Origin: Eledone cirrhosa
Taxonomy: Eukaryota
Reading direction: 5' to 3'
DNA length: 64,000 nucleotides
NCBI GenBank assembly: GCA_964016885.1
Contig: OZ024749.1
Coordinates: 30,814,001-30,878,000 of the forward strand
Shown here: positions 43,527 through 61,724 of the stretch, one piece after another
Layout: every line of letters starts with the position of its first letter
Position numbering within the stretch: the first letter of the stretch is position 1
Notes under the pieces: generated by a model
Seen by the model: the letters and a program-made list of their open reading frames with translations, nothing else
The model's database searches: none
What the model was told of the DNA's origin: nothing
Program-made: the position numbers and the translations under genes

Positions 43527-43716
43527 GGCGGTGAATTAGCATTATCGGTAGAGACTCGGGCGCCATGCTTTCCAGCATAGTTACGTCCCTTTACGATCTG
43601 AGTTCAAAATCCCGCCAAGGTTGACTTTGCCTTTTATCATTACGGGGTCGATAAAATAAAGTACCAGTAATACACTGGGTCATTGCTGGCCTTGTGCCAA
43701 AAGTAGAAACAATTAT
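43527..43716 (+). mobile_element. SINE family 1, full-length copy
   Basis: GGCGGTGAATTAGCATTATCGGTAGAG..GAGTTCAAAATCCCGCC plus family body. Confidence 0.85.
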
Positions 43717-43839
43717 TTATATATACTCCAGTTCTACCAACTGTCGAGTGCTACTTATCAGATATATGCATATTTTTATTGTTCTACACTATTACCCACC
43801 TCCTACATTATATATATATATATGAACTAGAAATTGATT

Positions 43840-43898
<59 letters not shown>

Positions 43899-44404
43899 TA
43901 ACAGTGAATATTGCGCATGTCTCTCAGAAATGGTGCCCTTAATTTAAAACTGGGTAATTGCTGGCCTTGTGCCAAAAGTAGAAACAATTATTGTACATTC
44001 TTAATAAAAGAATCATGTATTTCAATTTTGTAGTTATTGGGAATGTTTTAGTAATTTATGTATTAAATCTTACATCATGCCATCACTAAACTATACATGT
44101 TAAGTTTCTCACGTCTTATTGTCGGTCTAAAAGTATAAAATCATAAATGTAAAGATATATCAATCTTTTTCTTTAAATAATCTTAATCCTCAAAATTACC
44201 AAACAGCTCGGACTGACGAAGGAAGGAAATAATAATTTCCTAGCGAAACACGAAGCAACTGTATATATGAACTGAGTGCTAAACCTCTCTAACTCGAAAC
44301 ACAGTGAGCCCCTTTCAAGAAAGAGGACAAGAAAGAAAACGAGAGAGAGACGGTGAAAAAGAGAAAGAGCTAGAGAGAGAGAAAGAGAGAGAGAGAGAGA
44401 AAGA

Positions 44405-44437
<33 letters not shown>

Positions 44438-44543
44438 GGGGAAAGAAAGAGAGAGAGAGAGAGCTAGAGATAGATAGGATATATATAGATAGAGAGAGAG
44501 ACATACAGATAGAAAGAGAGAGAGAGAGAGATAGAGTGAGAGT

Positions 44544-44609
<66 letters not shown>

Positions 44610-44881
44610 TAGAATTTTAGCAGAAATAGAGGAAGAAGTGACACATGCGTGTTTCAGGCACTTAGGCCAGTTAAGTAAAATAACATCGGTCAATCATTTT
44701 GTTTTGTAGTGTTTTCGCTTCCGATTTGAAAAGTGGGTTTTATCCCTGAAATATCATGTTAAAATATATTCGACAAAACATTACATTGTTTTGTTGTAGT
44801 TGCAATTATTTGCCATTGCTATATTTCTACCGCATTGCAATGGCTTTCCGAAAAAAAAAAAGAAATATATATATACATATA

Positions 44882-44994
<113 letters not shown>

Positions 44995-44995
44995 A

Positions 44996-45026
<31 letters not shown>

Positions 45027-45034
45027 ATTTCATA

Positions 45035-45100
<66 letters not shown>

Positions 45101-45235
45101 TATATATACGCATCTATATGTATATATACATATATATATATACATATTTCCATATTTCAGTGACCAAGTTGCGTAAGATCTCGGTGACATCTGCAGGTGT
45201 AAGTTGCGCAATAGATTATATTAGAATATATATAT

Positions 45236-45282
<47 letters not shown>

Positions 45283-45338
45283 AAATATATATATTTATAA
45301 ATATATGCATATATATATGATGAATATATATATATATA

Positions 45339-45915
<577 letters not shown>

Positions 45916-45934
45916 TATATATATATATATATAT

Positions 45935-46280
45935 ATGTAGATAAATCTACCAAGAGTTTACGGTAGTGTCCAATCCGTATGAAGAACTCAATGTAATCCG
46001 GATATCATGGAAAGAAGAGATGCAATGAAAAATCACTTTCGGTGAAAGATAAACGCAATACAGAGTCAAGATAAAATATTAAAAAAATAATGAATAAAAC
46101 AATGAAACAGTTCCTTATATTAAACAAAAAAAGTTCATTATTTAACGATCGTTTCTAGGATATATATGTGTTAGAATTGGCATGCATATTCAACAGATAT
46201 ATGTACAAAATTATACAAAATTATACAAACTATCAAAATTAAATATACATACCAAACACATATATATGCCGTCTTCAGAA
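45935..46280 (-). mobile_element. pLTR fragment, family E (hammerhead truncated in stem I)
   Basis: Homologous to 58975-59385. Confidence 0.7.
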
Positions 46281-46315
<35 letters not shown>

Positions 46316-46318
46316 CAC

Positions 46319-46361
<43 letters not shown>

Positions 46362-46793
46362 CAAATAACGAAACGAAATTAAATTTCGTTTCGTTTGTAA
46401 CTCACTTTTGTATGACTGACGCTTAAACAATTAAGTTAAAAATGTACATCCACATATGTGTACTGAAATACTAGTATGCATATGAATACACACACGTGTA
46501 CATATGTAGATGTACTGAGTTTTTCACTGGTCACTTTACTGTGAGTGTCCAGCTATTCTGTATGTAAACACACAGACAAACCGGTTTTTAGAGTCATACT
46601 GGTTTTTGAGGAAACACCTTTCCTCTATTCTCCAGGAAGCCAGACAAGGAATATTGGACTAGTTTCGATGTTGTTACATCTCATCAGCAATATTTACCTA
46701 TCTTCCGGCCTTTCTAGAGAATCGTAAAAGCACATATCGTTATATGCTTTTTCTATGAAAATTAGTAGTGGGCAGACTAATTTGCATAGAGCG

Positions 46794-46826
<33 letters not shown>

Positions 46827-46830
46827 TTAT

Positions 46831-46862
<32 letters not shown>

Positions 46863-46866
46863 TTAC

Positions 46867-46900
<34 letters not shown>

Positions 46901-47175
46901 GTAAGGTATGTAAGTGTGTATGTTTGTATTTATGTATGAAAGTAATCTTATTATCATAGGTCATGCTTCAGTTTCAGCTTCGTCTTTTAACACCTTCATT
47001 TATGAATCAAACGGTCGGCAATTTGAAGAAATGATGGTGCTGAACTCACAATAATGATTTTAAACAATCGTTACATATATATGGAACTGCAAGACTTTCC
47101 CCTTCCATCTCTCTCGGCAAGCATACCATAGATCACATGATGATTCTAATTACATGTATGTATGTATATATATAT

Positions 47176-47223
<48 letters not shown>

Positions 47224-47269
47224 GTGCATATATATATATATGTATGTGTGTATATATGTATATGTATAC

Positions 47270-47305
<36 letters not shown>

Positions 47306-47309
47306 ATGA

Positions 47310-47399
<90 letters not shown>

Positions 47400-47587
47400 C
47401 TGTCTGCCCTTGTTACTCTAAAAACATAAATAAATAAAAATAAAAATAAAAATAAACTATAGCTTTGTAGAATTAGCTTTTAATGAATTCCCTTTTCTAT
47501 CAACCAATGACCTGCACCCATCCCACTCCCCACCCTCTCCTACCACTTGTAGAGACCTACAAATACCATATTTATTTTTTGATACCC

Positions 47588-47638
47588 AGATTCCTGATGA
47601 TTTCTAATGAATGAAACAGTTCTAGTCCTGTAGAATCT
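47588..47638 (+). ncRNA. Type I hammerhead ribozyme, family A (5' pLTR)
   Basis: AGATTC-CTGATGA-TTTCTAATGAAT-GAAA-CAG..CTG-TA-GAATCT; stem I covaries with AGCTTC/GAAGCT at 32930. Confidence 0.85.
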
Positions 47639-47768
47639 CATCTATATTAAAACTATTATACTCTGCTATGTATTGAGTACCTTACTTACTGTGGTTACCT
47701 CCGATTCAACCCGGAATAACGTACATTTTAGCACTCTCTGTGCCCCTTATAACCATCATCAAGAAACC

Positions 47769-49909
47769 ATGCTGACCAAACTCGACCTTGATATTTCCTT
47801 GAAGAACATCCCTATCCCTCCAAGGAAACTATACTTAAAAACACTCATCAGACGTACCGAACAGGTCATCAAGCGAATTAGATGGAGGGCCTTCTTCCTC
47901 AACAACCCTGATGTAGCATCTACAATGATGAGAAGTTCGGCTTCAAAACGAATAAGACACCACCCACCAACAGCCTACTCCAACCATTTGAAGAAGACCT
48001 CTTCAAGATGATCAAGGATATTAAATTCCGTAGAGCCACCACACCATTCCAGGCCTACTTAAATGCCGAATTACGGAATATAAAAAAATCCCCTAATCTT
48101 TATGTCTCCTCCGATAAAACCAAAAACGTTTATGAGGTAGACCCACAGACCTACAATAAGCTGGCAAAAAATACCATCACGACCACCTACAAAAAGGTAA
48201 TAGAGAGGGCACTGACTGAGACAAACGCGGCCGGAAAAGAAATCGCCAAGTCCCTTAAATTACATGACCGAACCGAACCTTTAAGGGTAAAGACCCCGCA
48301 CTTTACCCTGAAGGACCATAAGGGAAATTTCCTCAACAAACCATCAGTTAGACTTATCAAGCCCACTCGTTCTGACATCGGCTCTATCAGTAAGAAGATC
48401 CTGGATAGAGTTCTACCATCATTGCCGGCAGCCTCACCACTTCCACTCTGGAGTAGAACATCTGAGGCAATATCATGGTTCCAAGAATTACCCGATAAAC
48501 ACCACACTCGCTTCCTGCAACTCGACATAGAAAACTACTATGCCTCTATCTCGGAGCCCCTCCTGAAGGACGCAATTAACTTTGCCAGGAATTTTACCAC
48601 CATTACCGATGCTGAGCAAGTTATTATCCTCCACGCTCGTAAGACCTTTCTATACCACGATGGATCTTACTGGATCAACAAGAAATCTCAGACCCCATTT
48701 GACGTTAGCATGGGGGCGAGTGACTCGGCTGAAATTAGCGACCTTGTGGGCCTGTACATCCTACATAACCTGAAGAACCTCTTTACCGGCCTAACTGGAG
48801 GTTTATACCGAGACGACGGCCTCTTCGCCCTGCATAAGGTTAGCCCCAGAACCACCGATGGGTTTCGGAAAAACTTAAGCTCTTTCTTCTCTAATCTAGG
48901 ATTTAGTATAACTATAGATTCTAATTTGACTAGGGCCAACTTCTTAGATGTCACTCTCGACCTAGATACTTCCCTCTATTACCCGTACCACAAACCTAAC
49001 GAGTCCCTTAAATATATTAATGTTAATTCTAACCACCCCCAAAACATCACTGATAACCTAGTAAAAAGCGTCTCTATTAGAATATCTGGCCTCTCCGCCA
49101 ACAAAGATATTTTTAATGCATCTGCCTCCTACTACAATGACGCCCTAGCCCGTAGCGGATTTAAAGATAAGATAACTTACCTAGAAACCACCGCAAGATT
49201 GCAGAGGAGGAATAGACATAGGCAGATTAGCTGGTACAACCCTCCCTTCAATAGAGAGGTATCTACTCCGATAGCTAGGATTTTCTTCACTTTACTGAAA
49301 TTACACTTCCCCATACAACATAGGTACTACACCATCTTTAATAAGAATACTATAAGACTGTCTTACTCCACCACACCTAACCTAGCTAGGAATATAGCCA
49401 ACCACAATTCTAAACTAAATAAGCCAACCACCTCCGAAACCAATCCCCGGACTGGGGCTCTATGTAATTGCCTAAATAAGGAAGCATGCCCACTTGAAAA
49501 CAAATGCCTCACAAATGACATCGTATACAAATGCGATGTCATCTCAGGCACCGAGGATTGCAAAAAAACTTACATCGGCATGACCTCCAACAACTTTAAG
49601 ACCCGTTGGTATGCCCATACCCACTCCTTCAGAAGACCGGATAAATCAAATCAGACAACACTCGCCTCCTACGTTTGGGACCTCAAAAGGAACTCCACCC
49701 CCTTCACGCTTAATTGGAAAATACTCCAGAAAGCGCGCACTTACAACGGAGGACACAAGGGCTGCGACCTTTGTATTTCAGAGAGCTACGAAATTTTATT
49801 CGCCAAGGGCCCGCTACTGAACAAACTCTCTGAACACTGCCCGAACTGCATGCACAAGAACTTTGCAACATTCAAACACTTTAAGCCAGTGTTAAAGCCC
49901 GATGGCTAA
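47769..49909 (+). CDS. PLE (Neptune-like) RT + Cys linker + GIY-YIG, ~710 aa with one frameshift near 47920
   Basis: N-terminus SLKNIPIP..IKRIRWRAFF; LDIENYYASI, MGASDSAEISDLVG, GLYRDDGL, FLDVTLDL; CNCLNKEACPLENKC; IVYKC..YIGMTSNNFKTRW..CDLCISE..LLNK. Confidence 0.9.
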
Positions 49910-50069
49910 AAACGACCTCCCCCTATTGGCCCCTATACCTCCTCCCCACCCTACCCCCACCCCTCCTCAACCTGAAATACGGCCACTATGGTTATGTGAG
50001 TACCTCTTTCGTATCTACATTTTCTGCCTGTAGAGGTGTCCTTATGTGCCTGCGTATATGCGTATATTT

Positions 50070-53480
<3,411 letters not shown>

Positions 53481-53962
53481 TTTTTTTGTTTTTTTGTTAA
53501 TGTGACTGTTGATTTTTGGCATATAGTTGATTAGTTTAAGAGAAGTTCGAAGATAATAGTAAGATATGCACTCAGTATTTTGAATCTGTCTGCAGAATTC
53601 TCTAGACCTTTGTCACTTAGTAGAACCTTAATGACTTTAGCTTTTAAAGAATCTCCCTTTTCTTTAATTCTATCGACCATGACTGACCCCCCACTGGTTT
53701 TATAGACATCTGTTAGCTTAAGAGAAACTTATTGACAAGGAATGGTATGCCATCCGGAACCTGTTTATAGAATTCTGTCTGCCCTTGTTACTCTAAAAAC
53801 ATAAATAAATAAAAATAAAAATAAAAATAAAATATAGCTTTGTAGAATTAGCTTTTAATGAATTCCCTTTTCTATCAACCAATGACCTGCACCCATCCCA
53901 CTCCCCACCCTCTCCTACCACTTGTAGAGACCTATAAATACCATATTTATTTTTTGATACCC

Positions 53963-54013
53963 AGATTCCTGATGATTTCTAATGAATGAAACAGTTCTAG
54001 TCCTGTAGAATCT
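53963..54013 (+). ncRNA. Type I hammerhead ribozyme, family A (3' pLTR)
   Basis: Identical to 47588-47638. Confidence 0.85.
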
Positions 54014-54169
54014 CATCTATATTAAAACTATATATATATATATAACGAAGGAAGTGTGGTACGGAACCAGCTGGACCATAGCGCACCAAAGTACACAATA
54101 CTTAGGGTAGTAGAGTGGGTAATAGGAACGAGTAGTACCCCGACGGTGAGCTCAAGCCGTTTCGACGGC

Positions 54170-54244
<75 letters not shown>

Positions 54245-54245
54245 G

Positions 54246-54293
<48 letters not shown>

Positions 54294-54296
54294 TAT

Positions 54297-54334
<38 letters not shown>

Positions 54335-54335
54335 T

Positions 54336-54366
<31 letters not shown>

Positions 54367-54379
54367 GTATGTATATATG

Positions 54380-54410
<31 letters not shown>

Positions 54411-54453
54411 ATATGTATATGTATATATATATATATAATTTCATATATATATG

Positions 54454-54580
<127 letters not shown>

Positions 54581-54722
54581 ATATATATATATATATATGC
54601 GCATCTATATGTATATATACATATATATATATACATATTTCCATATTTCGGTGACCAAGTTCCGTAAGATCTCGGTTACATCTGCAGGTGTAAGTTGCGC
54701 AATAGATTATATTAGAATATAT

Positions 54723-54835
<113 letters not shown>

Positions 54836-54935
54836 TATGATAAATATATATATTTATAAATATATGCATATATATATGATAAATATATATATATGTATGC
54901 ATATATAAATATATATATATATATCTATATATATA

Positions 54936-54974
<39 letters not shown>

Positions 54975-54978
<4 letters not shown>

Positions 54979-55412
54979 GATATTAACAAATGGAAACTAT
55001 ATTTATACAACCATATCTATTTCATTATACATATTTCAAGGATACCAAGTTAAATTATGGTATGCCTTCATCAGACAAAATACAATATATATCAGTATTA
55101 CAAATAAGCATTGACGTACTCTTTCAAAATGCAACCATTACTTTTGGAGGACATCAGGATAGTAATGGTCGCATTTTGAAAGGGTACGTCACTGCTTATT
55201 TGTAATACTGATATATATTGTATTTTGTCTGATGAAGGCATACCATAATTTAACTTGGTATCCTTGAAATATGTATAATGAAATAGATATGGTTTTATAA
55301 ATATAGTTTCCATTTGTTAATATCGTATATCTACTCCAAATACTTGTCGAGTGCTTTATATCAGTTATAAAAATATTTACTTGTTGTATCACAACAATTT
55401 AAATAGAACTTT

Positions 55413-55415
<3 letters not shown>
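54975..55415. mobile_element. Fold-back family C element, duplicate copy (hammerheads 55018-55082 -, 55221-55285 +)
   Basis: Near-identical to 45474-45915. Confidence 0.85.
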
Positions 55416-55487
<72 letters not shown>

Positions 55488-55628
55488 GTAGGTCCCGGGT
55501 TGAGTCGGGGATAACCACAGTAAGTAAGGTACTCAATACATGGCAGAGTAAATTTTTTTTATTTTATAGGGCTTTAAGATTTCATCTTAATGAAACAGTA
55601 CTAGTCCTGTAGAAGCTCCTTCTATAAA

Positions 55629-55690
<62 letters not shown>

Positions 55691-55954
55691 GTAAGGTATG
55701 TAAGTGTGTATGTTTGTATTTATGTATGAAAGTAATCTTATTATCATAGGTCATGCTTCAGTTTCAGCTTCGTCTTTTAACACCTTCATTTATGAATCAA
55801 ACGGTCGGCAATTTGAAGAAATGATGGTGCTGAACTCACAATAATGATTTTAAACAATCGTTACATATATATGGAGCTGCAAGACTTTCCCCTTCGATCT
55901 CTCTCGCTAAGCATAACATAGATCACATGATGATTCTAATTACATGTATGTATG

Positions 55955-56037
<83 letters not shown>

Positions 56038-56083
56038 TTTCATATATATATATATGTATGTGTGTATATATGTATATGTATAC

Positions 56084-56125
<42 letters not shown>

Positions 56126-56155
56126 ATGAGTGTATACATATATATATATATATAT

Positions 56156-56345
56156 AACGAAGGAAGTGTGGTACAGAACCAGATGGACCATAACGCACCA
56201 AAGTACTCAATACTTAGGGTAGTAGAGTGGGTAATAGGAACGAGTAGTACCCCTACGGTGAGCTCAAGCCGTTTCGACGGCTATTTCTGTACGGAATAGC
56301 GGTCGACAGGGCTTGAGCTCTGCCGTAGAGGTCTTACTTGTTCCT
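56156..56345 (-). mobile_element. pLTR-like fragment, family F (other copies at 31807-31915 + and 54045-54176 -)
   Basis: Shared ACCCACTCTACTACC..AGTATTGAGTACTTTGGTGCGTTATGGTCCA; long hairpin at 56253-56328. Confidence 0.6.
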
Positions 56346-56438
56346 CTCTCTGTCTCTCTCTCTCTCCCTCTTTCTCTCTCTCATATATACACATATATAT
56401 ATATATATATACTTATATATATATACATATATATATAT

Positions 56439-56521
<83 letters not shown>

Positions 56522-56558
56522 TATACACATATATATATATATACTTATATATATATAC

Positions 56559-56622
<64 letters not shown>

Positions 56623-56625
56623 GTA

Positions 56626-56682
<57 letters not shown>

Positions 56683-57130
56683 AGATAGATAGATAGATAG
56701 AGATATATACACGTACATACATATATACATATCTACATATGCACATATACATAAATATATATATATAACCACCACCACCACCACCATCACCACTAGGAAG
56801 AACAACAATGAGCATTACTATATAAAAACAATAAACACTGCATTGAAAGAAGAAAACTTTATTATTATATTGACATTTATGATTTAACACGCAATGTGTT
56901 TGTCCATTATATCTGAATGTTGTGAGAATAATGTACAGAACCAATATATAGACACGAGAAAGCAAACACACTCACGAATATATATATATATATATATACA
57001 AACATACATACATATATATATACATATATATATATATACATATACAAGGTGATATATATATATATATACATATACAAGGTGATCAAGGTGATATATATAT
57101 ATACATATATTTATATATATATATATAAAT

Positions 57131-57165
<35 letters not shown>

Positions 57166-57286
57166 CATATATATAAATATATATAAATATAAATGTATAT
57201 AAAATATATATACATTTATATATAATATATATAAATATATATATATATAAATGTATATATATATATATATATATACATCTGCATAA

Positions 57287-57326
<40 letters not shown>

Positions 57327-57345
57327 AATATATATATATATATGC

Positions 57346-57384
<39 letters not shown>

Positions 57385-57427
57385 AATATATATATATATA
57401 TATATGTATAATATATATATATATATA

Positions 57428-57458
<31 letters not shown>

Positions 57459-57649
57459 GCAGAAATTTATATATATATTTATGTATATATATTTATATAT
57501 ATATTTATGTATATATATACGTATATATATATATATGTATATATATGTATATATATATATATATATACAAATTTATGTATATATATAATTATATATATAT
57601 ACATATATATGTATATATATATATATAATTATATATATACATAAATTTG

Positions 57650-57683
<34 letters not shown>

Positions 57684-57766
57684 TATACATATATATATAT
57701 ATACGTATATATATACATAAATATATATATAAATATATATACATAAATATATATATAAATTTATGC

Positions 57767-57799
<33 letters not shown>

Positions 57800-57817
57800 T
57801 ATATATATATATATATT

Positions 57818-57883
<66 letters not shown>

Positions 57884-57902
57884 GCATATATATATATATA
57901 TT

Positions 57903-57938
<36 letters not shown>

Positions 57939-58045
57939 TTATGCAGATGTATATATATATATATATACATTTATATATATATATATTTATATATATTATA
58001 TATAAATGTATATATATTTTATATACATTTATATTTATATATATT

Positions 58046-58084
<39 letters not shown>

Positions 58085-58119
58085 ATAAATATATGTATAT
58101 ATATATATCACCTTGATCA

Positions 58120-58369
58120 CCTTGACCGACCAGTCAGTCGGGCGTCAATCGACGGGGATGGTCGCAGCACGACGTGCTGTTTTAGCCATAAGATAACGCG
58201 ATCCCTCTGACTGGGCGGGCCCCGGTACTCATTTCTAGAGCTGATTAAACTGGAGCAACGTGAAATAAAGTGTCTTGCTCAAGGAAACAACACATCACCC
58301 GGTCCGAGAATTGAACTCATAACCTTTCGATTGCAAGCCCAATGCTCTAACCACTAAGCCATGCGCCTT

Positions 58370-58372
<3 letters not shown>
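58120..58372 (-). mobile_element. tRNA-derived SINE family 2 copy
   Basis: rc GTGAAGGCGCATGGCTTAGTGGTTAGAGCATTGGGCTTGCAATCGAAAGG..CCTTGAGCAAGACACTTT; matches the head of the 5521 copy. Confidence 0.8.
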
Positions 58373-58414
<42 letters not shown>

Positions 58415-59031
58415 GTATTTATGTGTGGATGAAGGTATGCGTGTATATATAGGTGTAAGTGCACTAAATCCCTTTCTATCACGCTCCACTCTCCTACCCA
58501 CCACAGGAAGATATGTGTATGTATATTGCTTCCACCCCATCACTGACCAGCAGCTGGCCAGTTGGCGATTGCTAAATCTGACCTTTATAAAATAACCCAC
58601 ACCCCAAATAACTTCTCATTCACTACCAGAAAGGGACACAGCAGTCAACCTGTTGTTGCTACCTAGATGAAAACTGCTATGAAATCCCACAATGAATTTT
58701 ATACTTGAATTTTAAAATCTCAAATTTTAACTCTTCGTATTATTAATTTTTCTTAATATTAATCAACATTTGAAAAGATGGCTTTTGCAGACCCATCGAA
58801 ACCGGTCATTTTTTATACCCTTTATTATTTCCTTACCTTATAAAATTATGTTTTTTCACAAAAAAGTATTCTGTCTCTTATATATTCCATGTGCCATTAC
58901 CAACCCCAATTTTCTCTATAACCTTCGTTTTGTGTAGAAAATTACACTTTTCATATATATATATATATATATAAAATATTAAACAAATAATGAATAAAAC
59001 AATGAAACAGTTCCTTATATTAAACAAAAAA

Positions 59032-59189
59032 AGTTCATTATTTAACGATCGTTTCTAGGATATATATGTGTTAGAATTGGCATGCATATTCAACAGATCT
59101 ATGTATAAAATTATACAAAATTATACAAACTATCAAGATTAAATATACATACCAACACATATATACGCCGTCTTCAGAAATAATGAACT
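59032..59189 (-). ncRNA. Type I hammerhead ribozyme, family E, with a very long stem II insert
   Basis: rc AGTTCATTATTT-CTGAAGA-CGGCGTATATATGTG..CACATATATATCCTA-GAAA-CGATCG-TT-AAATAATGAACT; 12-bp stem I. Confidence 0.75.
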
Positions 59190-59381
59190 CTTTTTGTTTA
59201 ATATAAGGAACTGTTTCATTGTTTTATTCATTATTTGTTTAATATTTTATCTTGACTCTGTATACCGTTTATCTTTCACCGAAAGTGATTTTTCATTACA
59301 TCTCTTCTTTCCATGATATCCGGAATACATTGAGTTCTTCATACGGATTGGACACTACCGTAAACTCTTGGTAGATTTATC

Positions 59382-59419
<38 letters not shown>

Positions 59420-59561
59420 TACAAATATTCATATACATACACTGTTGTTTTATGTTTATTGTATTCGCATGTCATAAAGAATATTGAATATGTATATATG
59501 TATATATATATATATATATATACATATATATAAAATGTATATATATATATATATAGGTATC

Positions 59562-59621
<60 letters not shown>

Positions 59622-59742
59622 GATACCTATATATATATATATATACATTTTATATTGGCAACATGACCCTCCCAAAGTATAACAATATCGGTTTCAACAC
59701 ACGATTTCAGATAAAGAATCTTGCTAAACAAATTCAGAAACG

Positions 59743-59802
<60 letters not shown>

Positions 59803-60149
59803 TCAATATTCTTTATGACATGCGAATACAATAAACATAAAACAACAGTGTGTGTATATAAATGTTTATATATACATATGTATACATATGTATATATATA
59901 TATATATATATGTACAGAGAGAGGGAGAGTGAGATAGATAGATAGATAGATAGAGAGAGTTAGAGAGAGGGAGAGAGACCGAATGATACATATACATATA
60001 CAGGTATGTATATGAAACATTTTAAATTGAATGTTGGGCAAATAAATTACACGTCCACAAATACACATTCATATATAAACACAAACATCTGTACGTGCTT
60101 ATTTTGCATTCGTAAATAAGTGACCCTATAAAGCAAAGTACATGCAATA

Positions 60150-60600
60150 AATTTTATAAAGCCCCTAACAAATAGCTGTCTTCTACCTATAGAACATAGA
60201 TATGGTACTTTACTCTAATTTCTTTGTATATTGATAGAAATAAGATAAATTCTCTAGATCAAATGCCATTAACACTGTTCATTGCTTTTTCTCTGCTGCA
60301 TTACGCATATACAATTTGTAAATAATTCGGTAGTCAGCCTGGGATCTTTGGATGTCAGAATGTGCATCGCTGTTATTGCAAACCTTATGGCACTAATTTC
60401 TCTGCCAAATGGGAGATTCTTGAAAGGTCCCGATCCTATTCAAATAGCTCTATGTTGCAGTAATTGTGTACATCAGTAAGATAGAACCTTCCAAATAACG
60501 CTACACCCTTTCACCACAGATTTCTGCGCCCACAGCCTCATATTCACCCAAATGCGCTGCAGACATCAGTCTTTTCCACTTACTGCCTCAGGATACATAT
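60150..60600 (+). pseudogene. Highly decayed PLE C-terminal (linker/GIY-YIG) fragment
   Basis: LPIEHRYGTL resembles FPIQHRYYTI, and KWEILERSRSYSN..LCTS resembles NWKILQKARTYNG..LCIS of the 48008 ORF; interrupted by stops. Confidence 0.55.
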
Positions 60601-61118
60601 TTATTTACACGTGGACCCGCTTCGTTTTTTAACACTATATTGATGGGACAACAGCTTTCGACAGGGTAAGTCCGTTTATTCATCCGAATAAACGAAATAT
60701 TCATGAATCTATTTTAAAATTCTAATATATTGAAAGTAGTAAATATAATTGTTTCTAATATACTTCTAATCATTTCTAATTTTTCTAGCCCACAACTAAT
60801 TTCAGCTTGGCCATTACGAGGTAGTACCTTATTCGTGGTTTTCTGGTGATTTAATGAAAATCAACAGGAAATGTGGATTGCAGTACTCGAACATAACATA
60901 CCTAAAAGTTCGACAAAATCTTCACTAACCAGAGTGGAAACTATTGAAAGAATTCATGCATGAACAGAGTAAAAAAGCAGAGACATTTCTGTTGCTTGGA
61001 ACTACCATTATATATAAAGAAATACTTTTGCATTTTTCTTTTCTTTTGGTAGCAATTGAGTTTAATTCCATATATTGTTACGAGATACCTTATTTTGCTT
61101 GAATACATAGATAATTGA

Positions 61119-61166
<48 letters not shown>

Positions 61167-61190
61167 GCTACTATTGCTACTACTATTACA

Positions 61191-61224
<34 letters not shown>

Positions 61225-61241
61225 TTGCTACTACTATTACA

Positions 61242-61300
<59 letters not shown>

Positions 61301-61318
61301 TACTACTACTATTACCAT

Positions 61319-61358
<40 letters not shown>

Positions 61359-61368
61359 GCTGCTGCTG

Positions 61369-61423
<55 letters not shown>

Positions 61424-61454
61424 CACCACCACTACTACTACTACTACTACCACC

Positions 61455-61552
<98 letters not shown>

Positions 61553-61572
61553 TAATACTACTACTACTACTG

Positions 61573-61660
<88 letters not shown>

Positions 61661-61669
61661 GACCACTAA

Positions 61670-61724
<55 letters not shown>
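61119..61724 (+). repeat. (TAC)n microsatellite, ~600 bp
   Basis: Direct reading. Confidence 0.95.

Noticed and set aside
44205-44280. CTGACGA..AGGAAAT/ATTTCCT..GAAA hammerhead candidate
   Set aside because: Stem II base and stem I do not pair convincingly; at best a decayed copy
48187-49563. Antisense ORFs within the PLE
   Set aside because: Short shadow frames of the RT ORF with no motifs
58763-58815. TTGAAAA-GATGG/CCATC-GAAA-CCGG-TC hammerhead-like remnant
   Set aside because: Two core mismatches and weak stem I; not counted as functional
60282-60479. 65-aa ORF as a host exon
   Set aside because: A different frame matches the decayed PLE endonuclease
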